A stretch of DNA of 41,798 nt from the sequence record SRR20825010_2030. One strand, given 5' to 3'. The number at the start of each line of letters is the position of its first letter. Positions within the stretch are counted from its first letter, which is position 1. The notes beneath the pieces were generated by a model. It searched no databases, had not been told where the DNA came from, and was given only the letters and a program-made list of their open reading frames with translations. A program made the translations under genes and the position numbers. This document shows positions 19,478 through 28,959 of the stretch, piece by piece.

Positions 19478-19972
19478 ATGGCCGGTGAATTCGATCTGTC
19501 CGAAAAAAACATCCAGATGATGAAAGATGTGCTGATACAGCACGTGCCCCATGCGCGCGCGCTGGGTCTGACTATAGCGGATGCAAAAAAGGGCGAGGCT
19601 TGGCTCACCGTGCCTTACGACAAAAAGCTGATCGGCAATGTCGAGACGGGTGTCATTCATGGCGGCGTCATCACGGCCATGCTCGACAATGCCTGCGGTG
19701 TAGCTGTCCAGCTTGCGCTGCCGGGGCGCATGTCGATTGCGACGCTCGACCTGCGCATTGATTATATGAAACCCGCCACTCCCGGCGAGACACTGACGGG
19801 CCATGCTCATTGCTACAAGGTCACCCGCAACATCGCCTTTGTGCGAGGCACTGCCTACCACACCGATGAGAGTGATCCGATTGCCACTTGCGTGGGCACT
19901 TTCATGCTGGCGGCCAATCGCGCCACGCCGTTGGAATATGCCGATGCGCTGATCAACAAGAAGGAGGGCTGA
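19478..19972 (+). CDS. PaaI-family thioesterase
   Basis: LIGNVETGVIHGGVITAMLD, ATLDLRIDYMKPA. Confidence 0.9.
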   Translation: MAGEFDLSEKNIQMMKDVLIQHVPHARALGLTIADAKKGEAWLTVPYDKKLIGNVETGVIHGGVITAMLDNACGVAVQLALPGRMSIATLDLRIDYMKPATPGETLTGHAHCYKVTRNIAFVRGTAYHTDESDPIATCVGTFMLAANRATPLEYADALINKKEG

Positions 19973-19975
19973 GAC

Positions 19976-20410
19976 GTGAGTGAGAGCCTCAAAAACCCGC
20001 CGCCCGCTGATCTCAACCGCTTTCTGGAAGCGATCCCTTATGCACAGTTTCTCAATATCTCGATTGACCAGAAGGGCAATGAGATCACCACTGTGATGCG
20101 CTTTGATGAAAAGCTCATCGGCAATCCGGTCCTGCCCGCGCTGCATGGCGGCGCAATCGGTGCCTTTCTGGAAATGACCGCGATCATCCAGCTTGCCTTC
20201 GAAACCGGTATTACCGCGGTGCCAAAACCGATCGGCCTGACAATCGATTATCTGCGTTCAGGCAAACCAACCGACCTTTATGGCCGCGCCCAGATCACCA
20301 AGCATGGTCGTCGCGTCGCAACCGTGCAGGCCGAAGCCTGGCAGGAAGATCGTTCGCGGCCCATCGCTGCCACGCACGGACATTTTCTGCTGAAGACGAC
20401 AGAGGAATAG
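19976..20410 (+). CDS. PaaI-family thioesterase
   Basis: LIGNPVLPALHGGAIGAFLE, TIDYLRSG, GRRVA. Confidence 0.9.
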   Translation: MSESLKNPPPADLNRFLEAIPYAQFLNISIDQKGNEITTVMRFDEKLIGNPVLPALHGGAIGAFLEMTAIIQLAFETGITAVPKPIGLTIDYLRSGKPTDLYGRAQITKHGRRVATVQAEAWQEDRSRPIAATHGHFLLKTTEE

Positions 20411-20434
20411 AGCGCCGGACGACAGGCCAGACGC

Positions 20435-21754
20435 ATGACCCAGTCCGCACCCATCACCCATGCACGCGTGTTGCGGCTGGCTTGGCCTATCGTCTTGTCC
20501 AATATCTCCGTGCCGCTGCTTGGCCTCTCCGACACGATTGTCATCGGCCACTTGCCAGACCCTGCCGCATTGGGCGGCGTGACGCTGGGGACAACGATCT
20601 TCAATCTCGCATTCTGGGGTTTTGGCTTTCTGCGTATGGGCACCACCGGCCTCACAGCGCAGGCCCTTGGCGCACGCAATGGCGAGGAAGTCAGTGCGCA
20701 TCTAGGGCGCGCGCTTTTGCTGGCACTCGTCATCGGCTGCGCTCTCATCGCGCTGCAATGGCCAATCGCCTTTTTAGCCTTTGGCTTGCTACGGGGTAGT
20801 GCCGAGGTGCAGGCCTATGGTCACGAGTTCTACAATATACGTATCTGGAGCGCGCCCTTCACACTGATCAATTTCGCATTGCTCGGCTGGTTCATCGGGC
20901 GACAAAAGGCAAAGACCGCACTAGCGCTGCAACTCTTCATGAACCTTCTCAACATCGCTCTCAATCTGTTCTTTGTCCTGGCCCTTAGCTGGGGCGTCAA
21001 AGGCGTTGCAGCGGGCACACTCATTGCCGAAATTGCAGCCACAGCACTCGGCCTCACACTCGCATGGCGTGTTCTTGATCTCGGCCATTGGACACGCGCC
21101 CGTTTGCTCGATGCCCATGAGATTACCCGCATGATTGCACTTAATCGCGATATCATGCTGCGCACTTTCTGTCTCATCTTCGCGTTTGCATTCTTCACGG
21201 CGCAAGGCGCACGCGCAGGCGATGTGACACTTGCCGCCAACGCGGTGCTTGGTCAGTTCATCGCCTTCTCGGCATTTCTGCTGGATGCATTTTGTGCGGC
21301 CACGGAAGCGCTGGTTGGCGAAGCGGTAGGCGCACGCGATCGCAGCAACCTGAGCCGCATCGTAAAGCTATCCGGCTTCTGGGCGGGTATCACGGCACTC
21401 ACGTTGTCGCTTTTCTTCTTTGCCGCAGGCCCTGTACTTATTGACGCGATCACCATCGCACCGGACGTGCGCGCGACCGCCCGCCTTTACCTGCCTTGGG
21501 CAGCGATGATACCGGTTATTGCCGTCTGGTGTTTCCTGCTAGACGGAATTTTCATCGGAGCAACACGATCCGTCGAAATGCGCAACGCCATGGGCATGGC
21601 GCTGGCCATTTTTCTGGCGGCGTGGTGGTTGCTCGTCGCCCCTTTCGGCAATCACGGCCTTTGGGCTTCGCTAATGATCTTCTATCTCGCGCGCAGCATA
21701 ACATTGCTTCCGTTTTTTCCCGCCATCGGGCGGGCTGCGCTCAAAGCCCCGTGA
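20435..21754 (+). CDS. MATE family efflux transporter (DinF-like)
   Basis: LSNISVPLLGLSDT, FLRMGTTGLTAQ, NRDIMLRT, LDGIFIGAT. Confidence 0.92.
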   Translation: MTQSAPITHARVLRLAWPIVLSNISVPLLGLSDTIVIGHLPDPAALGGVTLGTTIFNLAFWGFGFLRMGTTGLTAQALGARNGEEVSAHLGRALLLALVIGCALIALQWPIAFLAFGLLRGSAEVQAYGHEFYNIRIWSAPFTLINFALLGWFIGRQKAKTALALQLFMNLLNIALNLFFVLALSWGVKGVAAGTLIAEIAATALGLTLAWRVLDLGHWTRARLLDAHEITRMIALNRDIMLRTFCLIFAFAFFTAQGARAGDVTLAANAVLGQFIAFSAFLLDAFCAATEALVGEAVGARDRSNLSRIVKLSGFWAGITALTLSLFFFAAGPVLIDAITIAPDVRATARLYLPWAAMIPVIAVWCFLLDGIFIGATRSVEMRNAMGMALAIFLAAWWLLVAPFGNHGLWASLMIFYLARSITLLPFFPAIGRAALKAP

Positions 21755-22100
21755 AAAGATCGAGCACGTTTTCCGGCGGACGGCCAATGGCCGCGCGCGC
21801 TGCGTGCAATACAATGGGGCGTTCGATCAGCATCGGATTTTCGACCATAGCTGCAATCATCTTGTCATCGGACAAGTTTTCATCCGCCAATCCAAGATCT
21901 TTATAAGCAGCCTCGCCTTTGCGCATTAGTTCACGCGGGGTCATATGCAGCTTCTTCAATACAGACTTCAGTTCCTCTGCACTGGGTGGTGTTTTTAAAT
22001 ACTCGACGATCACAGGCTGAAGCCCGTGTCCTTCCAGCAGCGACAATGTCTGGCGCGATTTGCTGCAACGCGGATTGTGCCAAATGGTGACTGCGGACAT
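21741..22100 (-). CDS. arsC: Arsenate reductase (glutaredoxin-type ArsC family)
   Basis: HNPRCSKSR, YLKTPP, LIERPIV, IGRPPE. Confidence 0.88.
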   Translation of the reverse strand: MSAVTIWHNPRCSKSRQTLSLLEGHGLQPVIVEYLKTPPSAEELKSVLKKLHMTPRELMRKGEAAYKDLGLADENLSDDKMIAAMVENPMLIERPIVLHAARAAIGRPPENVLDLFTGL

Positions 22101-22128
22101 GATCGTCTCCTTGCTTTCTCTCTCGGGC

Positions 22129-23175
22129 TTACAATTTTACATCGACGCCCACGGCATCTCGTAGACTGGCAAATCCATCTGCCCGAAGACATGCTGCCAG
22201 TTCTCGCTTGATGCGCGGAATTAGAGCCGGCCCCTGATAGGTAAGAGCTGAATACAGTTGAACAAGAGATGCGCCAGAGCGGATCTTGATATAGGCATCC
22301 GCCCCGCTGGCAATGCCACCCACTCCGACAATCGGAATGCGTCCACCGGTCAGCCGATAAATATCGGCAAGCACGCGGGTGGACATGGGCATGAGCGGAC
22401 GCCCGGACAGGCCACCTGTCTCGCCCGCATGTTTGCCCGCGACAAGACCATCACGCTCAATTGTCGTGTTTGAAACAATCAGACCGTCGAGCTTCAGGTC
22501 GAGCGCTACGGCGGCAATGTCGGCGCGATCAGCCTCGGTGAGATCAGGTGCAATTTTCAGTAAGATCGGCACCAGACCTTTGCGCGCTTTCAACACGCGG
22601 GTCAGCAATGCTTCCAGCTCGCCGCGCCCCTGCAAGGCACGCAAGCCCGGCGTATTGGGCGAAGAAATATTGACGGTGAAGTAACTTGCCAGATCTTCAA
22701 ACGTACTTATGCCTTGCTCGTAATCGGCAATACGGTCGCTTGCATCCTTGTTGGCGCCAATATTCACACCAACAATGCCGCCGCGATCACGACGCGCAAC
22801 AAGACGCCGACGCAAGGCGGCATGACCCTCATTATTGAATCCGAGCCGGTTGATCACCGCCCCATACTCATTGAGACGGAAGATGCGCGGCTTGGGATTG
22901 CCGCTTTGCGGGCGCGGCGTCACGGTGCCCACTTCGGCAAACCCCATGCCCATGGCCAGCATTGCATCGGGCACTTCGCCGTTCTTGTCGAAGCCTGCTG
23001 CAATGCCCAGCGGATTATCAAAATGCATACCGAACAGATCGACGCCCAGCACTGCGGGATCGCCAGCAGTGTCGCGCGGGCCGAAACCAGATTTGAGACC
23101 GAAAAGCGTCAGGTGATGGGCAAGCTCGGGATCCATCACACCCATGACAGGCCGGACCAAGGGGAACAGGTTCAT
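22129..23175 (-). CDS. pyrD: Quinone-dependent dihydroorotate dehydrogenase
   Basis: AAGFDKN, GNPKPRIFRL, NISSPNTPGLR, KIAPDL, GGLSG; ATG at 23175. Confidence 0.96.
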   Translation of the reverse strand: MNLFPLVRPVMGVMDPELAHHLTLFGLKSGFGPRDTAGDPAVLGVDLFGMHFDNPLGIAAGFDKNGEVPDAMLAMGMGFAEVGTVTPRPQSGNPKPRIFRLNEYGAVINRLGFNNEGHAALRRRLVARRDRGGIVGVNIGANKDASDRIADYEQGISTFEDLASYFTVNISSPNTPGLRALQGRGELEALLTRVLKARKGLVPILLKIAPDLTEADRADIAAVALDLKLDGLIVSNTTIERDGLVAGKHAGETGGLSGRPLMPMSTRVLADIYRLTGGRIPIVGVGGIASGADAYIKIRSGASLVQLYSALTYQGPALIPRIKRELAACLRADGFASLRDAVGVDVKL

Positions 23176-23180
23176 CACGT

Positions 23181-23525
23181 TCAATCTGCCATATCGGGAA
23201 ATTGATGTGCGCCACTTGCGCAAAGCGGCAAGGGCACGACCCTCGTCACCGCACTCATCGGCAGACTTGCATAGAGATGAGGAAAGAGTGCCCCGCCGCG
23301 CGACAGTTCCCATTTGATGTCCACGAGATCGGCATTAACGGCCACCAGAAGCAGGTCGGCCTGACCGGCAAAATGTTTGGCGGCTGTCTCTTGCGCCTGT
23401 TCGGCGGTGGAAAAATGGATATAGCCATCCTGATGGTCAATGCCGGAGCCTTCAAAGACACCTGCAGCTTCCGCCGCGCGCCATTCGGCCTCGCTCACGA
23501 TCTTGTAAATGCTGGCCATTGCCAC
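23181..23525 (-). CDS. DUF952 domain protein
   Basis: IYKI, DGYIHFST, SRGGALFPHLY; typical upstream neighbour of pyrD. Confidence 0.9.
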   Translation of the reverse strand: MAMASIYKIVSEAEWRAAEAAGVFEGSGIDHQDGYIHFSTAEQAQETAAKHFAGQADLLLVAVNADLVDIKWELSRGGALFPHLYASLPMSAVTRVVPLPLCASGAHQFPDMAD

Positions 23526-23627
23526 TTTCTCGCCGGGACTGGAGAATTCCTATTGCGCGGCACAATAGCCGCGCAGGGTGGCGTGAACAAGGCAGACAAG
23601 CCAATTCCGGGCTAGCACAAGCTACAT

Positions 23628-23661
23628 TTTAGGCTATAGTTCCTAGGAATTATAACCTAAA
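23628..23661. promoter_or_regulatory. 34-bp palindromic operator before the S24 repressor
   Basis: TTTAGGCTATAGTTCCTAGGAATTATAACCTAAA; 15 of 17 pairs Watson-Crick; ends 12 nt before the ATG. Confidence 0.75.
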
Positions 23662-23673
23662 TGGACATGTTCC

Positions 23674-24315
23674 ATGCTCTCCAACCTCTCACACCCGCGC
23701 TTATGGGCCGCGATTGATGCGCTGGCTTCGCGTCATGCCCTCTCGGTATCGGGACTAGCAAAAGCCGCAGGGCTCGACCCGACTTCCTTCAACAAATCCA
23801 AACGCATCACAGCCGAGGGCCGTCCGCGCTGGCCCTCCACGGAAAGCCTGTCGCGCATTCTCGATGCGACCGGCGCGAGCCTTGATGAGTTTGTGATGCT
23901 GGTGGACGAACGGGCGTCCGCCTCGCGCATGCGGCCTGTACCACTGATCGGCATGGCACAGGCGGGTAATGGCGGCTATTTCGACGATGCAGGTTTTCCC
24001 GTGGGAGGTGGCTGGGACGATGTAACCCTGCCCGATATTCGCGATGAAAATGCCTATGCGCTGGAAGTCTCAGGCGACAGCATGATGCCCGTCTATCGCA
24101 ATGGTGATGTAATCGTGGTTTCACCAGCTGCTTCCATCCGCAAGGGTGACCGCGTTGTGGTCAAGACACTGGATGGAGAAGTCTTGGCCAAAGTGCTCGC
24201 CCGCCAGAGCGAGAAACGCATTGAGCTTCACTCACTCAACCCCGCCTTCGAGACCCGTATAATGAAACCTGAAGATATTCTCTGGATGGCCCGTATCATC
24301 TGGGCGAGCCAGTAA
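23674..24315 (+). CDS. HTH + peptidase S24 (LexA/CI-like) transcriptional repressor
   Basis: LWAAIDALA..SGLAKAAGLDPTSFNKSKR..RWPSTES HTH; AQAG cleavage site; GDSMMP Ser; VLAKVL Lys. Confidence 0.92.
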   Translation: MLSNLSHPRLWAAIDALASRHALSVSGLAKAAGLDPTSFNKSKRITAEGRPRWPSTESLSRILDATGASLDEFVMLVDERASASRMRPVPLIGMAQAGNGGYFDDAGFPVGGGWDDVTLPDIRDENAYALEVSGDSMMPVYRNGDVIVVSPAASIRKGDRVVVKTLDGEVLAKVLARQSEKRIELHSLNPAFETRIMKPEDILWMARIIWASQ

Positions 24316-24321
24316 GGCTAT

Positions 24322-25209
24322 CTATCTGCGGCCCGGCGTTAGTCCCGGTCGCGCGGCATCGCTGCCTGTACCAAGCCCCGCGCGCAGAATATCACGCAGA
24401 GCCAAGCGGTCATTGGTGTCGAGTGCGAGTTTCAACCGCTGTGCCCGTCGCCTTGCCATACGCTCGACCGCCGTTTCATCACGAGGCGCAAGCGAACGCG
24501 CAACGACGCGATAAGCCTCGTCGCGATTTGATTTCCCGCCTACAGCCAGCAATTGCAGCGCGAATTGATAAGCTATCGCGGTATTTCCCGGTTCCAGCTT
24601 CAAGGCCGTCCGATAAGCCGCAACGCCTTTTTCAAATGACGCATCATAAATCGCTTCCCCCAGCATGCCGCCATTGCGGGTGATTTCGAGGTTCCAGCCG
24701 CCCTCTAACGCATGCCCCCACGGGTTGTCAGGCTCAAGCGCCATAGCCGCATCGATATGGGTGCGTGCCTCTTTGGCATAGCCACTGAAATGAGCCTTCA
24801 TCGTGCCATCAATGCGCCCGAGAAATCCAAGTGCCAAGGCAAGATAAAGATGCCCTTCGATATTTTCTGGATCACGCGACAGAGCAAGACGTGCATCGCG
24901 TTCGGCTTCGGCAAATAATGCCCGACGCTCGCCGGACGGTGCGATGAAATCACCCTCGGCCAGATTGGCACGTGCGGCCATTGCGGCTGACTCGGCGCTT
25001 TTGCCTTTGCGGGCCTCGCGGGCAGCTGTCAGAAAGTCACCGGCATCAAACACAGCCTGCACGGCTTTCGATATACCAGGTGGGATTTCGGTCCCTTGAG
25101 CTGACGAAACTTCCGCTTGTGCAGGAGCCGCACCTTGCAACACACAAAGCCCCAGACACAAGGCGAGACACAAACCATTTTTCATGGCCGCCATGATGGG
25201 CTGCGCCAT
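24322..25209 (-). CDS. Secreted TPR-like helical protein of unknown function
   Basis: Signal peptide (AQA), TPR-like turns DPENIEGH, EPDNPWGH, EPGNTAIA. Start uncertain (25209, 25194 or 25185). Confidence 0.65.
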   Translation of the reverse strand: MAQPIMAAMKNGLCLALCLGLCVLQGAAPAQAEVSSAQGTEIPPGISKAVQAVFDAGDFLTAAREARKGKSAESAAMAARANLAEGDFIAPSGERRALFAEAERDARLALSRDPENIEGHLYLALALGFLGRIDGTMKAHFSGYAKEARTHIDAAMALEPDNPWGHALEGGWNLEITRNGGMLGEAIYDASFEKGVAAYRTALKLEPGNTAIAYQFALQLLAVGGKSNRDEAYRVVARSLAPRDETAVERMARRRAQRLKLALDTNDRLALRDILRAGLGTGSDAARPGLTPGRR

Positions 25210-25240
25210 GCTGCTTCGGCAAGGCAGAAGCGATCGGAAT

Positions 25241-26866
25241 TCAGGATTTTGACAGGTCTTCACCCGCCAACGCGCGCCGGATCAACGCGGCTGTTTCTTT
25301 AATACCATAAAGAGCGATGAAGGAACCGAAACGCGGTCCCTGCGCCTCGCCCAGCAACACTTCATAAAGTGCCCGGAACCAGTCACGCAGATTGTCGAAC
25401 GCATGTGCCTTGCCGATTTCATAGACCAGCGTCTGCAGCTCTTCCGCGCTCATCGGATCAACGCCCAACGCTTCCAGTTTGGAGGCCAGATCGGCAAGTG
25501 CGGTTGCTTCCATGTCATTGGCTCCGCGATAGGTTTTCGCGGGCTTCACAAAGTCATGGAAATAATTCACCGCATAGCCGACAAGCTGGTCGAGCTTGGG
25601 GTGGCTTTCGGGCGTCGCGTCAGGTGCGTAACGCTGGATAAATCCCCATAGCACGTCTTTGTCCTCGGCCTGACAGGCGCTTGCCAGATTGAGCAGCAAG
25701 GCGAAGCTGATCGGCAGGTCGGTCGTTGGAGGGGTGCCGCCATGGATGTGCCATGCGGGATTGCCGAGCTTTTCCTTCAATTCCTGCTTGGGATAAGCGG
25801 CGATGAAAGACAGATACTCGTCCACATTTTTCGGGATCACGTCGAAATAGAGGCGCTTGCCCGTGCGCGGTGCCTGATACATGAAAAGCTGGAGGCTCTC
25901 GGGGCTGGCATAACGCAGCCAGTCCTCGATGGAGAGACCATTGCCCTTCGACTTTGAAATCTTCTTGCCGTCCTGATCCAGAAAAAGCTCGTAATTGAAT
26001 CCTTCTGGCGGATTGACGCCCAGCACGCGGCAGATTTTGGAGGCAAGTTTGATGCTGTCGATCAGATCCTTGCCCGCCATTTCATAATCGACCTTGAGGG
26101 CTGCCCAGCGCATGGCCCAGTCGGCCTTCCATTGCAGCTTGCAATGGCCGCCCGTGACCGGCACTTCCACCGTCTCATTGGTGCCCGGCTCGACATAAGA
26201 GACCGTGCCCTTCTCGACATTGCGCTCCACCAGCGGCACCAGCAACACATGGCCGGTCTTGGGGCTCACAGGCAGAATGGGGCTGTAGGTTTGCTGGCGC
26301 TCCTCACGCAGGCTCGGCAGCATGATCTTCATAATGTCGTCGAACTTTTCGAGCACCTTAAGCAGCATCGGGTCGAAACGGCCCGAGCTGTAATAATCGG
26401 TCGAGGAGGCAAATTCGTACTCAAAGCCGAAGCTGTCGAGGAAAGCACAAAGCCGCGCATTGTTATGGGCGCCGAAACTCGAATGCGTGCCGAAAGGATC
26501 CGGCACCTTGGTCAACGGCATATTAATGTAATCTGCTAGCATTTCCTGATTGGGCACATTGGTCGGCACTTTGCGAAGCCCGTCCATGTCATCGGAAAAG
26601 CACAGAAGGCGCGTCTTGACGCCGGGAGCCAGAATTTCAAAGGCGCGGCGTACCATGGTCGTGCGGGCGACTTCGCCAAACGTGCCGATATGGGGCAGGC
26701 CGGAGGGCCCATAGCCGGTCTCAAACAGCACTGTACGGTCGGAGGGATTTCCCTCTTTTTCCAGCCGGACCACCAGTTTGCGCGCTTCCTCGAAGGTCCA
26801 TGCTTTGGACACTTGAGCGGCTTCAAGAAGGGCTGTTTCTGAGGCGTTCTGGCTGGAGGACGACAT
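25241..26866 (-). CDS. lysS: Lysine--tRNA ligase, class I
   Basis: [45 protein letters not shown]. Confidence 0.96.
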   Translation of the reverse strand: MSSSSQNASETALLEAAQVSKAWTFEEARKLVVRLEKEGNPSDRTVLFETGYGPSGLPHIGTFGEVARTTMVRRAFEILAPGVKTRLLCFSDDMDGLRKVPTNVPNQEMLADYINMPLTKVPDPFGTHSSFGAHNNARLCAFLDSFGFEYEFASSTDYYSSGRFDPMLLKVLEKFDDIMKIMLPSLREERQQTYSPILPVSPKTGHVLLVPLVERNVEKGTVSYVEPGTNETVEVPVTGGHCKLQWKADWAMRWAALKVDYEMAGKDLIDSIKLASKICRVLGVNPPEGFNYELFLDQDGKKISKSKGNGLSIEDWLRYASPESLQLFMYQAPRTGKRLYFDVIPKNVDEYLSFIAAYPKQELKEKLGNPAWHIHGGTPPTTDLPISFALLLNLASACQAEDKDVLWGFIQRYAPDATPESHPKLDQLVGYAVNYFHDFVKPAKTYRGANDMEATALADLASKLEALGVDPMSAEELQTLVYEIGKAHAFDNLRDWFRALYEVLLGEAQGPRFGSFIALYGIKETAALIRRALAGEDLSKS

Positions 26867-27030
26867 TATGAACCTGAGGCAATTATTTAGGATTTGTAAA
26901 GTGACCGGACCCTAAGCTTGGCGCTCGGTCCAGTCAACGCGACACGAGGCACGACAAGGCACCTTTCGCTCTGTTCACCTTGGCGGGACTTCAAACCAGT
27001 AAATAGTGCGCCCAAAAAACAGTGCCTCAA

Positions 27031-28890
27031 ATGTTCTCATCTCCCAACAGCAAAGAGCGGACCTATCCAGCTGCCTCTTTCTCCGAACCGGTCCGGCGCA
27101 AGCCGGATATCGGCGCGCGCATTCTGGCTGAGGAAATTCGGCTGCTGATCGACCTTGGCCAATCCAGCAGCTATCCCATATTCATTGCCATCCCGGTCGT
27201 CGGCATGACCTTTTATGGCGTCGCCCCGATCTGGACGACGGGCGTGGTTATGGCTATGCAACTGATTGCACAGCTTTATTTTAACCGTGTGCGTAAAGGG
27301 TTTCAGGCTGACCCCGATATTGTCAGAAATGCACCAGACTGGGCGCGGCGCTACACAATGGGCTGTTTTCTCAGCGGCCTGACATGGGCTATCGGTGGCA
27401 TCCTGTGGCTTCCCAATGCCGATTATTCCCATCAGGTTTTTTATGCGCTGGTTCTGGCTTCACTCAGCGTCGCAACGGTTATTTCACGCGCAACCTACCC
27501 GCCTGCGGTCGTTACTTACATCTCGACAGCAGTCGCGCCGGCCATTTTCATCGCCCTGCTGACACCCGAACCTGTACAATTTGCATCTGTTCTTCTCGCT
27601 CTGCTTTTCATGCTGACGCTGGTGGGCTGGACCAGACGCATTAATAGCGCCTATCGCGAAGCAATCCGTCTGCGCTTTGAAAATGCAGATCTGGTGGATC
27701 GCATGGCGCGCGCGCATGCCGCCACCGAACAAAAACGCGCTGACGCAGAAGATGCCAGTCGCATCGCTCGCAGCGCCAATCGCGTCAAATCCGAATTCCT
27801 CCAGTTGCTCGGACGCGAAGTGAAAGCACCGCTTTCCACCCTGTCGCAAATGGCAAGTCAGCTTCAATCCGAAATACTGGATGAAGAACCGCGCCGCCTC
27901 GCCGAAGTGATGAAGACTTCGAGCGAGAGGCTTCGCAAACTGTTTGACGAGATGATCGATTTCTCGCAGATGGAAGCTGGCACACTGGAGCTCAAACGAG
28001 ATCCCTTCGATCTGGCCGAGGAAGTCAAAGCAATCATCCGCGAAATGCGTCCGCTGGCTGTCGAGCGTGGCTTATCGCTGGAACTCGATTTCGTACCGGG
28101 CACCACCACGCAGGTCGTGGCGGATGCCGGCCGCTTGCGGCAAGTGCTGATAAATCTAATTTCCAACGGCATCCGCTACACCGAATCGGGTGGTGTCATC
28201 ACACGTGTACAATCGGTTTCAACACCCGAGGGCACGCATGGCATCCGTTTTTCAATCATTGATACCGGCATCGGCATTTCGGCAGAGGCGCGCGCCCATC
28301 TTTTTGACGGTTTTGCCAAGACGGGTGACAACAAAAATGAAGCCGGTGGCGGCATGGGGCTTGGTCTTGCCATTTCAGACCGGCTGGTACGCCTCATGGG
28401 CGGAAAAATTGAAATCGATAGTGCGTCAGATCAAGGCAGCACATTCTGGTTCTTCCTGCCTTGTGGCGAGGTCAAGTCAAGCGACCTCCCAAAAGACAAC
28501 GCCCAAAATGTGGCACAGCGCAGGGCGCGTTCCACTACGCGCCTTATTGATCACGACCACCTTTATGAAATGGAGCGCATGCTCGGATCGGACGAAACAG
28601 CCGACCGTATGGTCGAGACCCTGACCCGTATCCAGTCACTTTACATCGCTATCGAGCAAGCAAGCGACCACGGCAATTCTGAGAACCTGCGCGACAAAGC
28701 CCGCGCCTTGCAGATTGCCGCCGACGAGATCGGCCTTGTGGCCATAGCAGACGCTGCCCGCATACTCGAACAGATAGATACGGACGTCAGCGGCAGCGAG
28801 ATCCCGCGCCTACAGGCCCGTATTGCCGAGACATGGGGCCAGCTTGCCAATGCCTATCCTACGTTGAGTATCGGCGGTTCAAAGCGATAA
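27031..28890 (+). CDS. Membrane histidine-kinase-like protein with degenerate H-box and C-terminal Hpt-like domain (pseudokinase)
   Basis: About 6 TM helices; KSEFLQLLGREVKAPL (His replaced by Arg); N box LINLISNGIRYT, G1 DTGIGI, G2 GMGLGLAIS; C-terminal KARALQIAADEIG. Start GTG 27022 or ATG 27031. Confidence 0.85.
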   Translation: MFSSPNSKERTYPAASFSEPVRRKPDIGARILAEEIRLLIDLGQSSSYPIFIAIPVVGMTFYGVAPIWTTGVVMAMQLIAQLYFNRVRKGFQADPDIVRNAPDWARRYTMGCFLSGLTWAIGGILWLPNADYSHQVFYALVLASLSVATVISRATYPPAVVTYISTAVAPAIFIALLTPEPVQFASVLLALLFMLTLVGWTRRINSAYREAIRLRFENADLVDRMARAHAATEQKRADAEDASRIARSANRVKSEFLQLLGREVKAPLSTLSQMASQLQSEILDEEPRRLAEVMKTSSERLRKLFDEMIDFSQMEAGTLELKRDPFDLAEEVKAIIREMRPLAVERGLSLELDFVPGTTTQVVADAGRLRQVLINLISNGIRYTESGGVITRVQSVSTPEGTHGIRFSIIDTGIGISAEARAHLFDGFAKTGDNKNEAGGGMGLGLAISDRLVRLMGGKIEIDSASDQGSTFWFFLPCGEVKSSDLPKDNAQNVAQRRARSTTRLIDHDHLYEMERMLGSDETADRMVETLTRIQSLYIAIEQASDHGNSENLRDKARALQIAADEIGLVAIADAARILEQIDTDVSGSEIPRLQARIAETWGQLANAYPTLSIGGSKR

Positions 28891-28959
28891 TCCACAGGCA
28901 GGGGGCGTCCTGCCACCTCAGCAGGGATTTTTGGTTTTACCCCGCTATACTGCGCGGCA

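Noticed and set aside
22129-23313. N-terminal extensions in the ORF track (pyrD to 23313; also ccdA, mscS, terB, UPF0016, binding protein)
   Set aside because: The extensions overlap neighbouring genes or the riboswitch; downstream ATGs with RBS and family-typical N-termini fit better.
25241-26866. Class I (archaeal-type) LysRS as a recent horizontal transfer
   Set aside because: Class I LysRS is normal in many alphaproteobacteria; the apparently stronger codon bias fits a highly expressed gene.
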